From assembly GCF_009914755.1 (NCBI RefSeq), contig NC_060926.1: a stretch of DNA of 64,000 nucleotides; one strand, given 5' to 3'. Shown one piece after another: positions 57,500 through 64,000 of this stretch. Both the position numbers and the translations under genes were made by a program. A model generated the notes under the pieces. The model was not told the DNA's origin. It made no database searches and saw only the letters and a list, made by a program, of their open reading frames with translations. Origin of the DNA: the human T2T-CHM13v2.0 reference genome, Homo sapiens. Position 1 is the first letter of the stretch, and each line of letters opens with the position of its first letter.

Positions 57500-58569
57500 C
57501 TATGAAAGAAAAGATTTGGAAACTACTGATCTAGAATAAGACATTATAAAACCAGTTTTCATTAGTCTCTCTATGTGTATTTTAAATTATCACATACCAG
57601 TTGCAATACTATTAGTTTGTATTTTTATAAACCTAAAATCAGAGTAATTTGTCTTAAAACCACCAAGAGTGTTGCTATATGCTACATTAAAACGCCAAAG
57701 AGATACCATTTAGATAGCTTTAAAAATAATTTTTATTTTTTACATTTCCGTAATTCTCAAGAGGAGAAAAAAATGCTAATCAGAATAGCAAAATAGCAAA
57801 ACAGTTCCTGAAGCTCTAGTTCTAGTTCAAAGAACATAAGACTGATGGTGTGGACATCTCCCTCTATACCTCTATACCCGATGAGAGTAAAGAAGGCTTA
57901 AAACAAAAACAAAACCCCAAATACACACTTACTATCGGAAAAATATCTGTCTCTACCCACTCCTGCCAGAAAAAAAATAAAAAATATTTTCTCAAAGTTA
58001 TTAAACAAGATAGGTCCCCCCCTCCACAATCATGGTGTTAGTATCTGTTGTTAGTTTGTAACTTTCTCCTTGCTGTTCTGAGACCGCTGTTATGGCAGTG
58101 GGGCAAATTTGCATACAAAATGTGCTTCATTTAATGATGACACCTTTAATTGTTTTTCTTTTTTTTAGGATTGTACTAAAAAAGATGAAGTGACATTTAA
58201 TTTTTTAATTTCACAGTTAATTACACATTCTTATCTTTTGAATGATGATTTATTTTTTAAAATTTTGTCCTTTAATGATTTGTTCTGATATGATATTATG
58301 TTTAATATTTATAGTTCTATGAATGTATATTTTACGTAATGTTTTATAATGGGTTCATTAATTTTTGAAGTTAAAATATTTAGTTTCACTGATTTAAAGA
58401 TGTATTAATAATTCTGAACACTTAAAATACAAGGAGCCTCTCAGAGCCTATTCTGGTTTAGAAGCTGCTGGTTACAAAATTAAAAAAAGAGAATACCTGT
58501 ATTAATTCTGTTTGGATGTTATACAAAAACTAAGTACAGCCCATGTTGCAAGGGCTATGTAAAACATAA

Positions 58570-58840
58570 CCCCCTCCTTACACAGAGGACAAAGCTATGC
58601 TTAGAGAAGTTAAGGGGATTTACCCCAAGATCACATGGCTATTTTTATTATTTATTTATTTATTTTTAGAGATGGGGTCTCATTATGTTGCCTAGGCTGG
58701 TCTAAAACTCCTGGGCTCAAGTGATTCTTGCATCTCAGCTTCCCAAAGTGCTAGGATTACAGGTGTTGAGCCCACACGCCTAGCCACATGGCTATTTAGT
58801 GAGTGGCAGAGGATGGTGTATGAATTCAGCTCTTCCTATG
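58570..58840 (-). mobile_element. MIR interrupted by FLAM (about 58645-58784)
   Basis: CTTAGAGAAGTTAAG..CCCAAGATCACATGGCT..AGTGGCAGA; FLAM TSD CACATGGCTATTT. Confidence 0.7.
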
Positions 58841-60039
58841 CTAAGTCTACAGGATGTGTCCCCTCCCACACTGCCCCTGGCCCTTCTGACTCAGGGACAC
58901 CAGCGTGGTTTATGCTCATCTGTCTCCCTGACTGCATCCCTGTTGAAACCTAATGCAGGACCACGAGGCTGTGTTCCATTGCTCTTAGGGATGATGAAAC
59001 CATAGATCCCAATAACCCCTCTCTCACTCATCAGCTCCCAGGAACCCAGAGGGCCACATGGGGGAGGGAGGGATGCAGGACCCCAAGAAGAAGGGTAAAT
59101 GGAAGCCAAGAGCCAATTGCCAGTTACAGAACTGTGTCGTCACATCGCGGTGCTGTGATTCATGGTGTCCCACACTGTTTGCTATGTACTGAGTTGGTGC
59201 TGTATTCTCACTTTGGGTTATGTGTTGCAGGGAGTGGGGAACCTTCTTTCACGGCCCAGTCCCTGGGTGGCATTGTGTGTCACATGTGTCATGTGAAGGC
59301 CTAGCTTAGAGCACTTTCCCAGACAGACCCCAGGGCTGGTCCTGGTGACCCTGATGTATCCCATAGTTTCACTCTGGGTCTGACTTGCTCATAAACATCT
59401 CCACTCTCAACTCCCAATTCGCAAGCAAAGGGCCCCATTCCTGGGCAGGCCCACCTGCTGGCCGTGCTACTAATTAATGACTGCTGATTGGCCCAAGAGG
59501 TGCACTCATTATGCCCAATAGAGATCAAAGCCAGATCCAATCATCTGCTAAACGAGATGTCAGATTAGGGCATTCTTCTGGGCTATTAGAAAGATTTTTC
59601 TCCCTGCGTAAAGGCCTGTCAGGGCATATGACCCTATCACCCGCCATGAGCTGAGCCGAGGGGGCTCTGCAGCCTTTCTGTTCCTCTTACTTTGAATGTG
59701 TCCTTTTAATGGGACAGCCCTGTGCCAGCAGCCTGGGCATGATCCCTGGAGAGACCACAAAGCGTGGAGGGGATCCCCTAGGGAAGTCGTGTTTCGGCAG
59801 TCACCTCTGCCTCTTTATTCTTGGGGTTGCTGGGTGATTAGAGGGAACTGCAGACTTCCCTGGGACCCTCTGCTTTCCGTTGTATCATGGACACTTGCCT
59901 CAGTTTACCCCCTAGGGCTGGGGATCAAGTTTAATGTTGATACCACTTTCTCAGGAGCTAGCCCCAGACTGACACTCATTTCAAACCATTGGTGCACTAG
60001 CCTGACTTTCTCAACCCAAGGGTAAGAATAGAGCCCCAG

Positions 60040-60427
<388 letters not shown>

Positions 60428-60559
60428 TGATCAAATGCAGAGTGTATCAGGCATTCTGCTAAGTGACTAAGTGCTGATTTTATTTATACTGCCTGAAAAC
60501 ATTACCAGTTAGGTATTATGAAAACCTGCTCTAATACACCAGGAGAGTGAAGCTTAGTC

Positions 60560-60970
60560 ATTCATGAGTCACTCAATTTAGCAGCAGTTTCTGGGCTAGG
60601 TCCTGACTGGCTGAAGTCAATCAGCATGTTGATTGGCTTAGAGACAGGCAGATGGCCTAATTTTGGCCAGTGAGGGAGAACAAATCACAAGTCCTGTAAG
60701 GGAGACGTTGGAAAAGGAACTACATCTTCCTGGATGGTGTGATGTGAGGATGGTAGGTTTGGAGCTGCTGAAGCCATTTTTCTTTCACTGGTGAAGCATC
60801 TGGGCTGTTGCAGGGAGGGGTAGCATGGGACCACGTGAAGCCAACATCATGAATCTTTGGAAACATAGTTTTGGCAGGTGGACTGAGTTAAACTAGATGA
60901 GTGAATACATTGCTTTGATTGTTTGAGCTGGGTTGAGTTGGGCTTTTGAAACTTGCAAGTCAAAGACCCA
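60560..60970 (+). mobile_element. MLT1K/L-like LTR
   Basis: CTGACTGGCTGAAGTCAATCAG...GGAGCTGCTG..GCCATTTT...TTGAGTTGGGCTTTT..ACTTGCAA. Confidence 0.55.
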
Positions 60971-61439
60971 CACACGAATCAGAGACTGTAGCCCCTGTCC
61001 TGGAGGAACCACACCTGCCCAGTAGGTCTGGCCCACAAGAGGTAGCCCTGGAGTGCACTCACCTGGGAAGTCGGGAGACTGTTGAAAGCAGGTGCAACAG
61101 TCACCACTTGTCCTGATGGCTGCTGCTGATCAGGGCATGTCTGTGGACAACTGCCTGCTCTGCCAGCCTGATTGTGGCCTGATCTGTCACCTCTGCTTCT
61201 CAAGCCACACTTTGCCTGATCACCCATGGTACAGACACCCTCCTCCATCCTGCTTGGCCTAGTTAGGGTGCCTGGATCCAGCCCAGGCCTGGCTTAGCCC
61301 TCTATGTGGGTTAGGATTAGGTTTGACTGCAAGAAGTTTGACAGTGACTTAAACAAGAGAGAAGGCTATTCCTTTCCCACATGACAGTTCTAGAGGTAGT
61401 AGGATTGGGGCTGGTGCAGTAACTCAGCTCCACAGAATG

Positions 61440-63250
61440 CTCATTTGTACCTTTACTCTTTCTAGATCAATCAGCACTGCCAGCAATTTGTCTATTTTAT
61501 CAGTCTTTTCAAGAGCCATGTTTTGGTTTTGTTGGTACTCGCTAAGCCCATTTTCTATTTCATTGATCTCTGTCCTTGTCTTTATTATTTCTTTTATCCA
61601 ACTTTATTTAGGTTTGCTTTGTTGCTCCCTCCTCCCTAAATTCTTGAGCTGGACACTTAACCCTCTACTCGTTTTCTTACATGTGTCATAAATGAAGACT
61701 GCAATTTTCCCTCTAACATCTCTGGAACTGCATCAAGAAATTTAGAAATGTTGCTATTTTCATTATTGCTCAGTTCTAAATATTTTCTCATTTCTTAAAT
61801 GTTTTGAACCAGTAAGTCTTCCTCTCTCTCTCTCTCTTTGATACAGGGTCTTATTCTGTTGCCCAAACGGTAGTGCAATGGCAAAACATCAGCTCGCTGC
61901 AACATCCACCTCCCAGGCTTAAGTGATCCTCCCACCTCAGCTTCCTGAGTAGCTGGGACTATAGGTGCATGTCACCATGCCTGGCTAGTTTTTCTATTTT
62001 TCATAGAGATGGGGTTTCGCCATGTTGCCCTGGCTGGTCTCGAGCTTCTGGGCTCAAGTGATCTGCCCACCTCAGCCTCCCAAAGTGCTAGGATTACGGG
62101 TGTGAGCCACCGCACCCAGCCAAGTCTTCCACTCTTTGCCAAGGGTTTCCCTGGGGATATCTTACTTCCTGGACCATCATCCTTATAAGTTTTTCACCAG
62201 TCTCTTGTTTGCCCCATCTGTTGTCACTATCTCAGGCATCTGTGATGCTAAATAGTTGCTGCTTATTGTTTTCTACAAATACCCTGAGGATAGGATTTTT
62301 TTCCTCGGTACCTGGACTATAAGACCAGTAAGCTTACAGGTTGTCCGTGTACCAGAGGTAGGTCCCCCCAGGCCCCGACTCTGCCGTCCACCTGGAGTAT
62401 AGTCCTGCCTTTATGTGAATATCTTAACTTTAGCCATTTGCTCTCTGGTTATCAGGGCCAGTAACTCCCTGCCCCCACCAGTCTCTACAACATCACTCAC
62501 CACAGTTAAAATTTTGATTTTTAGTTACTTCTTTGTTTTTTCCTCCAGATTAATTCTGTTTACTTTCTTGAAAGCTCAGCTTCGCATTTAAAAAGATGTA
62601 ATATTTTACTCAGTATTTCTAGAAGAATGAAAGACCTCATTTTCTTAATGAATGAATTTATTTCAAACATACAGAGAAATAAAGAATCATGTAACAAAAG
62701 CCCATCTGCCTACTTCTTAGCTTTAAGAATGTTTACATTTAATCACATTTAATTTAAAAAATTGAAAGGAAGTAATGGTATATCTGAGGTCCCCTTTATG
62801 CCCCTTCCTTATCTCATACCCCTCCTTCTGTCTCCAAAGGTGATCAATATTCTGAAATGAGTGGGTATCTTTTTCCCCTATGTACGGATGCATTTTCCAC
62901 ATAAGGAGTATGTCAATTCATGAGTTTAAAATTTACATAATGCCATCTTTGTAAATATTCTTCTGCATTTTTTTAATTGTTGACCAAAATGGTTATCTAG
63001 GTTTTTCCATGTAGATACATCGAGCTCTAGTACGTTCACTTCAACCTAGGTATAATGTTTCATTGTATGAAAATATCTCAATTTATTCATCCTTTCATCT
63101 ATTAGTGGATATTTGGATTATTTCTAATTTTTTGACACTACCTAGAAAGCTGCACTGTCTTTGTGCATATTTCCTTGAGTTCACCTGCAAAAGTTTCTAC
63201 CATATAGAAGTGTAACTGCTGGATGGTAGAATGCACATCTACAACCACAG
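61440..63250 (-). mobile_element. Old L1M fragments
   Basis: T-rich antisense L1-like sequence (TTTATCAGTCTTTTCAAGA...; TTCATTGTATGAAAATATCTCAATTTATTCATCC...GTGGATATTTGGATTATTTC). Confidence 0.6.
61836..62121 (-). mobile_element. AluJ
   Basis: Antisense Alu; flanks AAGTCTTCC. Confidence 0.9.
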
Positions 63251-64000
63251 GTGATCTCCCTCATAGAGTCTCTTGTGGTTCTCTGGCTGGAAGTAATATT
63301 CTCTTGCCCCACTGTGGAGTGCTGTTTATTTCTATTCCGTTGCATTACCTTCACTTTGCCTTGTGCCATGGTTTGTATGCATGTCCCCTCTCACCAACTG
63401 AAATCCACAAGATTCAATTTTCCTGGAGGACATGTTCATTAGAGCATCCCCCATGGGGGCACGTACACAGTAGTCACTGGATAAGTATCACTGTTTAAAA
63501 ACCTGTACCAGGTCGAAGTTCACCAGGGAGGCTTCAACTTTCCATCTTTCTCCCTTGAGTATTTAAACTCAGCTAAGTTCCTCAAATATTTTTGAGCAAG
63601 TCTGGAGATGAGTATCATGAGATGGGTTTGGGTTGGGATCAAGGTTGTCTCCATGTGGAAATTTTGGCTAAACCCTTCTTCCTGCTGTGAAATGCAAGCT
63701 TCCTCATGAGCTGCCAACTCAGGCAAACATCTTTGATTGTGGGGAAGTGGGCATTTGAGGTTTGTAATAATTTGGATATGGCTGGGGGGATGTTAGCCTT
63801 TGTTGAACCAACCCTTTCTTCGTGGAAGTACAAAAAAGGTAGTAAGAAAATGGTGTCAGGAGAGACATTCAAACAAGACATTTTAAAACACATGTGAAGC
63901 TCGCTCATTCACATATAAACAAGTGCTTTGCTGGTTATAGCTGATTCTTAGCTGGTCCTTGAAGCAGTTCCCCAAGGGCCTCTGCTGGTCACACATGGTT

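Overview
Primate (almost certainly human) genomic DNA, apparently intergenic or deep intronic. No protein-coding gene is supportable: the listed ORFs are chance ORFs, Alu or simple-repeat translations, or decayed retroelement ORFs. Roughly half the window is interspersed repeats. These include about 30 Alus, MIR/L2, several MaLR LTRs (one with its internal region), hAT and Tigger MITEs, and a MADE1 hairpin. There is also a ~5.7 kb fragmented old L1M and a near-complete but dead ~10.2 kb ERV-L provirus (MLT2B LTRs; gag-pro-RT-RNaseH-IN-dUTPase remnants). The provirus sits inside a Zaphod/MER115-type hAT element and carries four nested ERV1 solo LTRs (MER41B with intact tandem STAT/GAS sites, LTR8B-like and LTR8 back-to-back, MER41A) plus four Alus. 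Unique stretches contain candidate regulatory elements (a CTCF site with upstream motif; FOX/GRHL/CDX-HOX/GATA/TCF clusters). I cannot establish a new biological system. The best leads are the nested LTR enhancer cluster, the MADE1 hairpin with compensatory changes, and the epithelial-type motif clusters. Repeat subfamily names come from recalled consensus sequences and need RepeatMasker/Dfam confirmation.
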